Position numbers and translations under genes: made by a program. Positions 13,305 to 26,058 of a stretch of 64,000 nt of DNA are shown here, piece after piece; the first letter of the stretch is position 1, and each line of letters opens with the position of its first letter. This stretch comes from Orbicella franksi (taxonomy: Eukaryota), in contig OZ116698.1 of assembly GCA_964199315.1 (NCBI GenBank), positions 44,454,001 to 44,518,000 of the forward strand, given 5' to 3'. The notes below the pieces were generated by a model that saw nothing but the letters and a program-made list of their open reading frames with translations, was not told where the DNA came from and made no database searches.

Positions 13305-14575
13305 ATTGCTATATTTTGCTAATCTCAACTGCTTGAAACTGCCAAGCGATGTTTAAAGTAAGGGCACTCTTACTTTAAACACCTGACATTTTTTTTGTTG
13401 ACTCTAGAGTAAGGGCTCTTAACACAATGTGAAAGATTTACATTTCTACAGTTCAAAAACGCCAATACTTTTGTTAATATGAAGAGCCTTGTTCTATTTA
13501 TCAAAAAATTGTTCAACAAAATATCAAGTGTTCATAGTTCTAGTGGCCTCACTGTAAATATAATGAGAAAATCGCTGAATTCATTTAAAAGTAGTGTCCT
13601 GAAGAGAACTTATACTCGGTGATCGGTTTTTGTTTGCTTCATGTTTGGTAATTATCCATCAAAGAAATCTAGAGAAAGACATTTGAATCTTCAGTGTAGC
13701 AAAATGCTCGATGGCAAGTGAATAAGGTATTTACTCCTTATATTATATTCCATAAAGGAATCTTTGTTGATAATAACGACCAGCCTCGTTAACATACTCG
13801 CTTTATTCTCTGATCCAGCTTCAAAAATATTAACTCTGATTATTCGAAGGGCATGGTGCAATTAACTGTCCCAAGAAATTTGAACAAAGATGTTTGAAAT
13901 ACTTTTTCTTTACTGGTGATTTAAAAGGAAAAAAATCACAGAGAACGTATGGACTCGTTAGTGTTTTACCAGACATAAAATTTTGTAGCTTTAGAAAGCC
14001 TGTATCCACTTCGATAGTAAACGCAAAGCAATAGTAATTTAACCAATTACCGAGTCTCACAATGTTAGGAAATGTGAACAATGACTTGAGCAAAGGTTCG
14101 CTAAGGAATACAGCAGATCTGAATATGACGTCATCAGAATTGTAAGCACATACAAGCAATGCACTTGTGGTTTATCCGTTCATCAAAAGTTGAAGCTTTC
14201 TTTTACATTGCTCGTTTGCTTAGGAAGTTTAAACAAGCAAGCAAAAGAACTATTAACTACAGGGGAGAGATTAAAAAGGTAAGAAATCTGTTAAGGTAGT
14301 GGGTTGAAACGATATTTTTGACAAAGATTCTTGATGTATGATGTGACAATAAAAACCGTCTGAAACGTTTGAACTAATCCGTGAAACATCATAGAGCTAG
14401 TTTTTTGAACCACAAATACTATAATTGAATTCTTTTTTTACAAAATGAGTGTTCCCATCATTAGCTCAATAAGTTTCGTATCGCTTTTCTCAGTCTATGA
14501 GATAAGTACGTATTTGCACGAACGACCATTTACTATCGTCGCATTGGTTTCACTCATTTCGTCTTAAATAAGTTT
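13305..14575 (-). pseudogene. Decayed intronless ORF, copy A of a tandem duplication
   Basis: Direct DNA similarity to 15557-16425 and 20011-20495. Contains the open 109-aa ORF 13830-14159. Third-position-biased differences from the other copy in the minus frame (FTCHRAFCYTEDSNV vs FTCHKAFGYTEDSNV). Confidence 0.65.
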
Positions 14576-14603
14576 TGATTAGATGGGCCGCATAATTGTT
14601 ATA

Positions 14604-15109
14604 CAGTGAAATCTATCTTAAGCGGACACCATTGGGACCCTCACTAGTGTCCGCTTAATACAGGGTGTCCGCTCTAGACAGGTTCTAATATATCGTGCAA
14701 TAACATTTAATTGTTAACCCTTTTGAAATCGTCACTTTTATCGATAACCGCATATCAACGTTGCCTAGCTCCTAGGCCTCGATATTTGAATATTCCAGTT
14801 AGCTTTAAAACGACATCGCTGAACAATGATCTCAAAGTGACTCAATCGTGAGACAACCGAGTTTAAAATTCATCTGTCCTATCTTACACCAAGATGAATA
14901 ATAAAGGAGTCTGAGCTGAGCTTTTAGAAGTAAAAAGCCCTTGAAGTGTCCGCTTATTGTAGGTTTTGTGCAACAAAATGGCTTAATATTAGTGTCCGCG
15001 TCCGCTAAACAGAGGTGTCCGCTGACTGCAGTAAATGCGGGTAGAAAATTTAGGGACTCAAGCTGGTGTCCACTTAATACAGGGTGTCCGCTTAATACAG
15101 TTTTCACTG
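14604..15109. mobile_element. Tc1/mariner-pogo-type MITE
   Basis: TA|CAGTGAAA ... TTTCACTG|TA termini with TA duplication, plus multiple subterminal GTGTCCGCTTAATACAG repeats. Confidence 0.8.
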
Positions 15110-15149
15110 TATAGGAAACACTAACAAACACTAACGTGTCATTACGAAG

Positions 15150-16430
15150 TGACCCAACTTCGGTCAAAACGTTAATTTTTTTATTAAATCAAGGTAATTG
15201 TGGGGAATTCCATTCTCTTAAACTGATATGAATTTACCTATACATTCCAACTTCTTTATCTTTAACATTATCAATTGTCCTCAAACATCCGTTTCTCGTG
15301 ATAACATCAAATTAAAACACTTAGTTTGTGGTGCATTAGCAAAGGAATTTCGCTCGCATAATATCAGTACGTCGTGTATTGGTTGTCTCTGTATGTTTTA
15401 ACCTTATGGTTAAATACTGACATGTTTGCTTTGAACGATCCTTCACGAACGCGTTCTTTGTAGCTTCAGGGTTGCTACTTCCGCAGGCAGTGAATTTGTT
15501 TATCTTTATTTTTGGCATGATTGAAAGACCATTTGATTTCTTACTTCGTCAGCTTTCGATATTTTGCTAATCTCGACGGCTTAAAACTTCCAACTGATTT
15601 TTAAATGTAAAGAGGAAATCGCTAAATTCACTAAATTATTTCATCGCTAAAAATAGTGTCGTGAAGGAAACTTCTGCTCGATGATCATTTGTTGTTTGCT
15701 CGAGTGTTATGTTTAACAGATTGGCTAATGATCCATGCAGCAAAGACATTTATGACACAAGGACATTAGAATCCTCAGTATAGCCAAATGCTTTATGGCA
15801 AGTAAATATGGCATATATTCGTCGTATCATATTCTATAGACCGTTTTCACTCCCGTAGCCAGCAACCATGCGAATTTACTGGAATAAAAGGAGGTGTTTA
15901 CATAAGAAAAGAGTTCAACTCCTTTTAGATTGGTTTGGTACATCAATATGGCTGCCGTGACGTCATGCGAAAATGCTGTATAGAGGAATCTACATTAGCA
16001 TAAGCGCTTGAGTTCCTGATCGAGTTACCAAAAAATTACAGCCCTGAATGTTTAAAGGACATAGTGCGGTTGATTGTCCCAAGAAATTTCGGCCCGATGT
16101 TTTAAATACTCTTTCTTTACTGCAGGTTCAAAACATCAAAAATTCACAAAGAATATAATTTATGGGTTCATTAGTACTTTTTGCCACCCAGAAACTGTGT
16201 AGCTTTTGAAAGCCAATATCTTCTTTTACATTAAACCCAAAGAGCTAAACATTTTGCCAATTTCTGAGTCTTACAATCTTTATAATTGTTTGAAGGCAAC
16301 TGGTATCTGCAGTATAGTGCCTTCTCTACGCAGGTTCTCAAATTAATGTGGCCAAATGTAAACAGTGACGTCAACAAAGGTTCCCTAAATAATACAGCTG
16401 ATCTGAATATGACGTCATCAGAATTTTAAA
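15150..16430 (-). pseudogene. Decayed ORF, 3' (C-terminal) part of copy B
   Basis: Aligns by eye to 13305-14140 and is interrupted by a MITE at ~15837-15980. Conserved blocks NSDDVIFRSAV..EPLL.SLFTF, NFLGQ..A.CP and SFK..RLAKY. The portion below ~15557 is inferred only from protein-like reading. Confidence 0.6.
15837..15980. mobile_element. Short MITE inserted at TA
   Basis: Imperfect TIRs (tagaccgttttcac / gcgaaaatgctgta) flanked by TA. Absent from the paralogous copy at ~13750, which marks it as an insertion. Confidence 0.7.
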
Positions 16431-17176
16431 TAGGAACCGCTTTGAAGGTGGTCAGTTTTTTCCTACAGTTTATGCACGTTAACTGCTCAATGATTTTGCT
16501 TTGAAGATTCGGCGTTTTTGAAACTAAGGACAACTCTTCGTAAACTGAAAGAAGACCCAATATTTTCCTCAATCAGTCAAAGTTACGCACATCAAGTTTT
16601 TAAATATGATTAAGTAGTTTTGAGGGTATTAAAAAGCAACTGGCCATCGGGTCACCAAGAGAGGAGAGTGTTTTGATTTGTACCACAATCTCTGAACTTG
16701 CCCCGCAGACAGCAATATACGTCAAGACCAGCAAGGAGAATTGAAATTCTGGTCTAGTTAAAAGAAAATTGACTTTTCTCTAAAATATTACAAAGAAAAC
16801 CTTTCCATAATTGAAAAAAATATATGGCATATTGTTCATCTAAACTACATAGACAACTTTTACAGAGTTTAGGAACTTTAAAACGTAGTTTTACTTTACT
16901 ATTAGTATATTTAGTTTTGTATGCACTATAGCATTTGAAAATTTTCCATTTTTCTACGTCTGAAAATCTGCAAATAAGTGTTTTTTTTAAACAATAGTTA
17001 CTCATTGCAGTCAAATATTAATTACGTTAAAGATGAAGGTTTTTCTCTTTGTGCTATTGTGTAAATTCCTTTTTTTTCAGATTACATTGTTCTTGTAATG
17101 ATCTCCCAAGTACAGTTTCAGTCTTCCAAATTAACCTAATATATGGAAGAAGAACGCCACGACTAACTTTAAATAC

Positions 17177-19350
17177 TTATTTATTTATTTTATTTATTTA
17201 ACATTTCTTTATACACGGTTAAAAATCATCAGGTAATACTAATATTTAACGTTATATATAAAAAATTAAAAAAAAAAAAATTAATACTAATAAACTACTA
17301 ATAAACTGTCCATGCTAAATACTAGTTAATAAAAATTGAAGTAGTAAATCCTAATTTAAATATTAAACTAATCCTGTTTTCCATGAATGCCGTGTCTAAC
17401 TTTGCTTTTAAATTGAATAAAAGATTTTATCATCCTGAGATTGCAGGGTAGGCTGTTCCAGAGAGTTGCACCACTGTAACTAAAGCTATTTTTCATATAG
17501 TTAGTTCGTGGATGAGGTACAACCAGTTTTTTTTCGGAATCCCTTAAAGAATAGCGCATTCCACTACGTTTTAGAAATTTAGACGATAGGTATTCAGGAA
17601 CCAAGCCATTTAAAGATCTATATACCATTAAGGCTTTCTGAATTTGACGCTGGGTACACAAATCTTTCCAACACAGTTGTCGTATTAGACCTTTGGCATC
17701 AGTATCATAACTAGAGGAAGTTAACACGCGAGCGGCGCGGTTCTGAAGCTTTTGTAGCCTGTCCGACAAAGTTTTACCGCAATTACCCCAGACAAGATTG
17801 CAGTAGTCAAAATGAGGTTGAATTAGAGCACTGTATATATAAAGCAGTGTAGCTGGTGGAACAAAAGGCCTAACACGTTTTATGGCACCAATCCCAGATG
17901 CAATCTTTTTAGACAATTTATCAATATGGGTTTGCCAAGTTAGGTTTTCGTCGATCAACACACCGAGCGATTTGACTGAGGATACACGATTTATTGGAAC
18001 ATTATTAATTGAGAGCTCAAGTATATCTGGAAGGGTACTCAGTCTTTGTCTGGAACCAATCAACATAAATTCCGTTTTAGTCGCGTTTAAAGTAAGTTTG
18101 TTAGAAGTAAGCCATTTGTTTAAATTACTTAGATCGTGATTTAGATTAGACTGTATAGAGCTCAGATCAGCTCCCGCATACATCAGCATACATCCTAGGC
18201 TGACATGATGATAAGCAGTTGGGCAAGTCGTTAATGTAAATAAGAAATAATAGGGGACCTAGGATTGTTCCTTGAGGTACCCCACATTTTAGCGAACGCG
18301 TTTGAGAAAGAGAACCATTAACAAGACATCGTTGTGTACGGCTTGTTAAATATGAGTTGAACCAGTCAAGAGCTATTCCTTGAACTCCGTAAAGGTTCAC
18401 TTTAGTTAAAAGAATTTCATGATCAACAGTGTCGAACGCTTTTTTTAAATGGAAAAAAACTACAGCATTAACATTTCCGCGATCGATATTAAACGCCCAA
18501 CTATCGGTAGCTTCTAATAGAGCAGTAACAGTTGAATGCAATGAGCGAAAGCCCGACTGTTGTTTAGAAATTACGTCCTCTTTAGTTAGAAAGCTATATG
18601 GCTGGTCATACACGATCCTCTCGAATACCTTAGCAATTACTGGAATGACTGAAATTGGTCGATAATTATTTAGATCAGATCGCTCACCCTGCTTAAACAA
18701 CGGAGTAACTCTAGCACATTTCCAATCGTCAGGAAATATACCAGAAGTCAAAGACTTGTTAAAGAGGTCAGATAAAGAGACCGAAATAAGATCAGCACAT
18801 TCACGGATTAATCTAGCAGAAATGTTATCAAGACCCGTTGCTTTAGATCTAGATAATTTGTTTAGATGAGAAAAAACAATATTACTGCTAGCTGGACAGA
18901 AATGGAATGTTTTGTTGTTACAAGTGATAAAGTTAGTGTAGCTCGAATCATAATTTTGACCTATTGGAGGTATTTCATTGGCAAGTCTGGGCCCGGTTGT
19001 TGAAAAATGGTCATTAAAAGTATCTGAAATTTCACTAGAATTATTGATTACAACGTCATTTACTTTTAGTTCTTTCACAGTCGCATTGCTTTACGGCGAG
19101 ATGTAAGTTCATTAATTGTTTGCCAAGTTTTCTTAGAGTTGTCCTCAAATTACATAAAAGCTTTCGAAAAATAAGATGCCTTAGCAGTTTTGATCCTATT
19201 ATTTATTGAGTTTCGCAGCTTTTTATATTTTGCCCAATCGCATGGATCATTTGACTTAACAGCTTTTCTCTTGGCAACGTCACGATCGCGCATACCTTTC
19301 TTCAAGTTTGAGTTGATCCAGGGTGCCTTATGTGATCTTATACGTTTAGT
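17177..19350 (-). mobile_element. 5'-truncated, inactivated CR1/L2-group (Crack/Daphne-like) non-LTR retrotransposon
   Basis: RT motifs (KAFDTVDH, GVPQGTILGPLLFLIYINDL, MYAD) in ORF 18167-19078. Typical C-terminal region (HFDYC..VWG, LQKLQNRAAR, WNSLP) in ORF 17368-18189. Upstream linker (APWINSNL, KYKKLRN) reaches ~19350. AT-rich 3' UTR and (TAAA)n tail at 17177-17200. Contains an internal stop, frameshifts and a broken YADD. Confidence 0.95.
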
Positions 19351-19380
19351 TCTAAATGTATAAGATCATATAAGGCACCC
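19321..19380. repeat. 60-bp fold-back palindrome at the LINE 5' junction
   Basis: gggtgccttatgtgatcttatacgtttagt / tctaaatgtataagatcatataaggcaccc: 30-bp arms with 3 mismatches, one of them central. Confidence 0.95.
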
Positions 19381-20010
19381 TTACGAATTATTTAGGAATT
19401 AATCCCTGCTGTTGCAAAAGTGCTATCTCAACTGAAGTGTGTAAATATCGCTGCAGGATTAATTCGAGTGTACAGAAGTCTTAATTTCCGTCGTTTTAAT
19501 TAATATACCATCTTTGTAGCAGCAGATGTTTCCTGTTCTCATTGACTGTTGGTCTAACTTTGTTATCAATTTAGGTTTGACTTCAACTGTGTTTGTTACA
19601 GTTATGATATGTAAATAAGACGTTTTGCTGTAATTTTTCCAACGCAATTCGGTCAGTGAAAAATAGTTTTAACAAGATCATAACACATAATGTTCCGAAT
19701 CAGAAGTCGAGATATGCAATCTAGATTGAAGGTGGCGACAGTTGGCGGTAAAATTCCCTTCACTTGTCATTTCATTAACAAAAGTGTCTGAAAAACGCCT
19801 GCACACCCAAAACACGCCTGTAGCCACCTCTTAAACCGAATTAAAAATATAAACATGAACGCTCTTAAACAAAAGTGTTTTCGATCTCTGGTATCTCGTA
19901 TTTTGTTTCATTTTCGGTGGGCGCGAACGGGCGTGGTCAGGTGTTATTACGCCCACGTAAACGTCACCCTGAGGGCTTGTATTCCAGTGATCAGTATTAA
20001 ATAGATTGCC

Positions 20011-21100
20011 GGCTGTGGTTTATGCGTTCATCTAAAGTGGAAGCTTCCTTTTACATTATCTGTTTGTCTAGGAAACGTAAACAAGCAAGCAAAGGAAGTA
20101 AAAACTACAGGGGAAAATTAAAAAGGTAAGATATCCGATAAGGTAGAGAGAGGAATCCACATTCCCGACTCTCTGTTTTCTTAGCAATAAATTAAAAAAG
20201 TCGGGTTATCTCGCAGTTTCCTTAGCAGCCGTTTTTGAGGTTGCCTCGATAATAAATAGATTCTTGATGCACGATGTGACAACAACAAGCCGGTTCTGTA
20301 AAACAGTGTAGAGTTAGGTGTTTAAACAACTAACGCAAACTTAAAACTCTTTTTACGTTAATCCCTTAAGCATATACACTCTTCCTGTTAGGTCAATAAG
20401 CATTCGTATTCCTTTTTTCTCTATGAGATAAGTGCGTTATTCCACAAGCAAACGACTATATGTTATAGTAGCATCATTTCACTCATTTAGTCGTGTATAC
20501 TTTCTAGAGGAGGCACTTAATTGCTGGACATATATAGCACTGATAAAAGTTAACGTCATTCAGAAGCTTGGTCACCGTTAGATTTGTTATTAAAGCACTT
20601 CTTTGTGAGGAATTTTGTTTTCTCAAATTACCGACTCACAAAGCTTCGTCGTAGGGAACTTCTTGTCTTTCAAGTCGTCAATGTTGATACATTCAGTTTC
20701 AGCAACAAATTAACTGAAGCGGAAGATTATCTTCGTGACCAAACTAGTTTCTGTCCGGCCTTGCAAAGCAGACATCTGCAGCAATCTATGAGTTATCTCT
20801 GAGTGCAGTGATCAAAGTCGACGATGCTCGTAGATTCAGTAATACAAGACTACCGGAGCTATTGTTAGTCAATCATCTGATACTGTTCGATGATAAGAAG
20901 TACAACAGACGAAAAAAAATTCGCTTCAAGCAGACATAACTTGATATGTCAGGTGAAGTAAAGGAAGTATCGCTGAATTGGTTGGGGGGTATCACACAGT
21001 TGATAACAATTGAATTTGACCTGTTTTGTCGGTTGTTGTCTTTTGCGTTTCTCTTGATACTCCAGTTCAAAGTGGAATATAGTCTAAAATAAGCACGGTA
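20011..21100 (-). pseudogene. Decayed ORF, 5' (N-terminal) part of copy B
   Basis: 20011-20495 aligns to 14161-14570 (LPYRISYLFNF.PVVFTSFACLFTFPRQT vs LP*QISYLFNLSPVVNSSFACLFKLPKQT). The extension to ~21100 is inferred only from protein-like reading. Confidence 0.55.
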
Positions 21101-22077
21101 ATGTTCAGTGCATCGATGATCATAGATAACTAAAGATCAAAATTATTTTTTCTTCAGTTTGTATTAGGTTACAGTTCTACAAGTCCTCCTAAATCAGCTG
21201 TTTTCATCTGTGACTACCATCTTTAGACCCGATTCATAGCAAGTTAATCCGTTTAGTTAAAACAAATTGAAAGACCTGATTGTTTTGCGTTTGGTATAGT
21301 CTAATTCATGGTTTTACTTTTGGAACTTTCGTGCGAATATTACCAATAATTTTTTTTTTCATCTAGAGGTAAACAATCAACTGTTATGATAATAAAGGTT
21401 ATCTGGTCATCTCGTAATTATATTGAAATGTTAATTTCAAAAACTTTCTACAGTGCGGAATGCATCACTAAGTGATATTGAAAAGTGCAAGTGGTAAAAT
21501 GAACTAAGATCAAAATGTCAAAACTTTGGTACATCAAATAATATCTCAAGAGTTAACGTCCTTTGCGTGAGACTCATATCCGAAAGACTATTGCACATTT
21601 CCTTTAACAGGAAATTAGATCTGATCAAACAAATATTAAAAGAGTGTCCGAGAATTTGTGAGATGTTAAAAAGTCATGTAACTTTTAAATATTAAAATAT
21701 TTTGAAACGCGTCGTATGGCATTATGTTAATAACGAGGAAAGTATATTTAATTCACTAATTGATGCTGTCATTTTGTCATAGAGCTGGAATAACTTTCAA
21801 CCGTTAACATTGCATAAAAATGTGTGGTTTAAAACACAAGTTTAACTTCTTTCGTTACTGACCATAATTTATAAAAATTTGGTTGGTATTCTTAATGGAA
21901 CGAGATCACATAAATACTCAGTTTTACTTCGTCGATGTAGAGTCCAACCATTTTTCTGTAAACTTTGATATTTTATCCAACTGACGGGAATTTTTTTTTT
22001 TTTTTCATGTGCTGATATATTTTTCTTTTTGGATCTTCCTTTCCAGACGCGTCTGTTGTCCACCCTTGGATATAAAA

Positions 22078-25000
22078 ATGTGGGCTTCACCGCTACCGTT
22101 GTGTTGTATGTTGCTACTTTTCATGGTGACCTCTCGAACAGCGACTACGGGTAAGTTTAAAGTGCTACTATGATCAAATGTTTACCCCTAGATTTTTTAG
22201 GTGTATAACATAGAACTCCATGAAAGATTCAAAACGCTGTTTACCGTTTGCAAATATCTGCATTAGTTCCGGAGATATTTAAGTTGATATTAAAAATGTG
22301 TAAAATATGTAAATGAGATGACACACTTTGCAAGGCATTTCTGCCTACGTCTCATCATATGTTTAATTCCCTGATGTGCCCTCAAATCGATACGAATTCC
22401 AAGGTTGCATCTTATTACATGAAATAACGTAAACAGCTTCTCCGCTATTTTCTGCGATCGTTTAGTTTTAGAATGTTGCGTATTTAAACAATTGTATCTA
22501 GGATAGTTTTGATAGTTGTGCCACTGATACAATATCTGAACATATCACGCTGGAATTAAGAAACCCGCAAGTTATTCTAGTGTTTTTTGAAAGAGAAATG
22601 ACCGAAATTTGGGTGGGTTTTTACCCTTTCTAATGTTGCCTGTAATTAACCAATGAAAGAAGCATTACAACCTCGTGAATCACTCGTTTAATTGCGTAAG
22701 TTATGTTTCATTCATTTCCGTTCGTTTTCTCTCTTTGTGGTACAAACTAAGTCCGCTTTGACGTTCGACGCATTCGTAGCAATTTAACAAGCTGTCTGCG
22801 GAGTTATCAATGTTTTCGTAACGTTTTTCATTTCAGGTGAGATTGATCTCTTTGAAGCCTTCAACATCAACGTGAATACGAAAGGCTTCACACAAGTCCA
22901 AGGCCTTACAAAAGAATTCGGCAATGCCTACAAGGTCGGAAAGAGCATGCCGAGAATGGAACAGTCAAACCATGTTCTGGATGAGATCAAAAGCTCTCTG
23001 ATCAAAGAAAGGCGACTTGTTATTATCGCCAATGTGAAAGTGAAGCATTTTTCATTTGGAACGCTATTCTCTGTGGAGTCTAAGAGTAGAGGTATTAGTT
23101 CATAAATGTATTTATGTTTTTCCCTCGTTTATGTCACTAAAATCTGGGGTTGGCTGAGCTCTGTTTATTGGGTAATGAAGACACAGATGCCACATGGGTC
23201 AAAATGGCTATAGGAATGTATTTTATGATTTGCAAGGATTTTCCAAGCATTGGTTTAATGTGCCTAGTCATCGTAGGTTTGCCAGAGAGTAAAGATCAGT
23301 AAAGGAGATGTCAATAGGCAGGAACAGACTTTGAGGGAAAATCCCACCTCTTCTTTCGTTCTCGCTTTTGTTATGTTTTGTTGTTGTTGTTGTTGTTTCT
23401 TTTTTTGTGCTGTAATAATTATTCTTTCTTGTCGTTTTCTGGAACATGAGTTGTGTAGGGATGACTTTAATACCCATTTACATACTGATGAAAATATAAC
23501 CTAAGTTACTTAATGTAAAGAAAATATCGTTTGTCGTTGAAACAGGACTAAAATAAAAAATATCGTAACCAATATTATGTTATTTATTCAGAAAAAGCCT
23601 TACTGACCGTATGGGTAAGCTGTTATCAGTCTTGTCGCCTGGGCATTACCTACCAAACGTCAGAGCGGAAAGTCCGGGACGTTTCATTCCACCATATCGG
23701 TAAAATATCTGATGACAAATGGCACAACATTGCACTCCATATTTTCCCGCACAGTCACCTCGAGAAAACAGAGGTTGATCTGTACGTTGACTGTAAGATG
23801 CTGAGCAGAAAGAAACTATTGACGAAGATAGAAGATTTCGTGCCATCCTCAACAGGAAATCCTCAGGATACTGTGTTTTTGTTTGCACAGAGAGGTGGAT
23901 ACAAAAACAGTGTCATGTTGACTTGGAAGGTATGACAAAGTCCACACCACACGACAGTAACAATATTATATATATGACAAATTTCAATTAGTACTTATAT
24001 AAGTTTCTGATTTTCAGATTTTCAGAATCCCAGACATTACCCTTGATGGCATTCGAGCATTTCATTGAAACAAAAAATACTCGGCACAAGACGGCCAGTC
24101 TAGTCAGTTTAGTGACGAAAATAGGAGAAAAACGCCTTGGAAAAAACGAGTTTTCATGTTTTCATCAGTTACTTGATGTTATCATGTCTGCGAAATAATA
24201 AAGCCTATATCTCATCAAAAATCGGTCAAAAAAGTGTAAAATCAAATACGACAAATTTACTGTCCAAACAGCTTTAGGTTTGGAGTATCGCCAGTATTTT
24301 ATGATTAATACTATGACTAACACAGCCTTGTTGGCTCATAATATGTTTGGCTGTCAATGTGGGCCAATTAGGAGAACAGCAATCCCAATTTTTCTGATGT
24401 CAAGAAATATTAGGCAAAGTGGTATTTAAGGCTTGTTTCTGGGTTCAATAGTAACATTTCGTTGTTTTTGTTTCCGTCAGGGAAGCCTTCAGAACGTCAA
24501 GCTTGTATTCAACAAGGAAATAGAAGAGTTAATGAACAGCACAAGCTGCCCGTCTCCCAGTGCTCCTGTTTTTCTGGTCGATGGAGAGCAACAGTTTTCA
24601 GCTGGTAAATTGTATATGCTTTATTTCAGTCTCACAGCCCCTAACGCCCTGGCCAAACGGACTGGCAAGTAGTCGCAAGATGAAACCTTAGGTCTACTTG
24701 TGATTCCGTTTGTCCAAGCCTTATGTGCCCCTGCGTTGACTTGCGATGACTTGCGCTCACTTTGGTCGAGATCCAATTTGCACGCAAGTTTTCACGGTTT
24801 GGCCAACCAACTCAAGTCAACGCAAGTTGAGTGACGTACATTCGTTGTTATAGGAACCTATTAACCAATGAAATACAGGATAATTTCCGCGCGGTACTAA
24901 GCCGGTAGCCTTGAAATAGGTCTTTCTGCGACTTGCGTGTACTTGCGAGGGAACTTGCGAGTCTGTTTGGCCAGGGCACAATGTATAAACTATAAACTGT

Positions 25001-26027
25001 AAATGATATTAAACACGGCGCGCGAAGAAGTCACTCCACCAAAATTTATTTATTTTATGACTGATAGAATGATAAACCCGGAAAAGGCATCTAAAACGAT
25101 GATTAACTGTGTAGCAGAGAACTAGATACCAGGTTATTTAATATGTTGTTGTTCATCAGTCATAGCTGGGAATAACAACAACTACATACTTGAAATATCA
25201 ATTAATCATACATTTGAACTGCATTTTCTCATATTTGCAATTCACTTACAGCCGCTGAAGTTGTTAAGAAAAAAATTACCTGCTAAGATCTGTCGTCGTA
25301 TTTGCATCATGAAATGACCAGTATATTGTTTGGCTCTCTAAATAATTTGTTGATTGACAGATATACATATGGTTGTTTGCATTTCTCACAGGTTTTCTGC
25401 AGTCTTCTATCAGGGGCGCGTCTAAGTCAGCTTTCGCCGCGCCACCCTCCTTGCAGTACTCCACTCAAGACGTCATGATGGTTCTGGTTAACATGCAGAA
25501 GGAAGCTCAAAGACGCGAAGCAAGTCTTCAAAGATCGCTGATGCAATTGAAACAAAGCTTACAAACTCAGGTAAGCGACGAGGATACTTAAATTATTACA
25601 TACCAGGACTTATGTGTCCTTTAAAGGCTTTCTTTTGAAGTTCAAGTTGTATATGAGAAGGAAGGGGAACTTGGGATTGTAAGAAATTTGCGGCTTTGTA
25701 AGGAACACATAACAAGCTCTACATTCTAGGTTTAAGGTTTCCCGACTTACGAGGTCACTCTAAAGATATGAACTCACCGGCTAATACTTCAGGAATTGTA
25801 AAAGCGGCGTTTCTTTCGAGAAAAATATTTCTCTTACGGTTGCAGATCTTGTTTTGTGTTCCATGTTGTTCTGTTTAGAGACAATTAGACGACATATTAC
25901 TAGACCCTTTTTCGTAGAGTCCAAATTCATATATATATATATCAGTTTTACCTCTCTAATAATTCCTCTCCGCCCACCAGAAGAAATGGTTACTCGGGGA
26001 AATGTAACCAAAAGAACACAAATAAAG

Positions 26028-26058
<31 letters not shown>

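Noticed and set aside
13820-14290. Plus-strand reading of the duplicated unit (GH.A..CPK knuckle-like text; AG..GT mini-exon 14224-14278) and the idea of stop-codon recoding
   Set aside because: Stops appear shared between copies only in the plus frame. The minus frame that shares third positions has long open stretches and mostly copy-specific stops, which is the more parsimonious reading.
17882-18665. Plus-strand ORFs 17882-18139 and 18429-18665
   Set aside because: Antisense shadows of the LINE RT ORF.
25252-25290. Acceptor-like site as a possible extra thrombospondin exon
   Set aside because: In-frame TAA after 11 codons; the 25392 acceptor gives the correct phase and an open frame.
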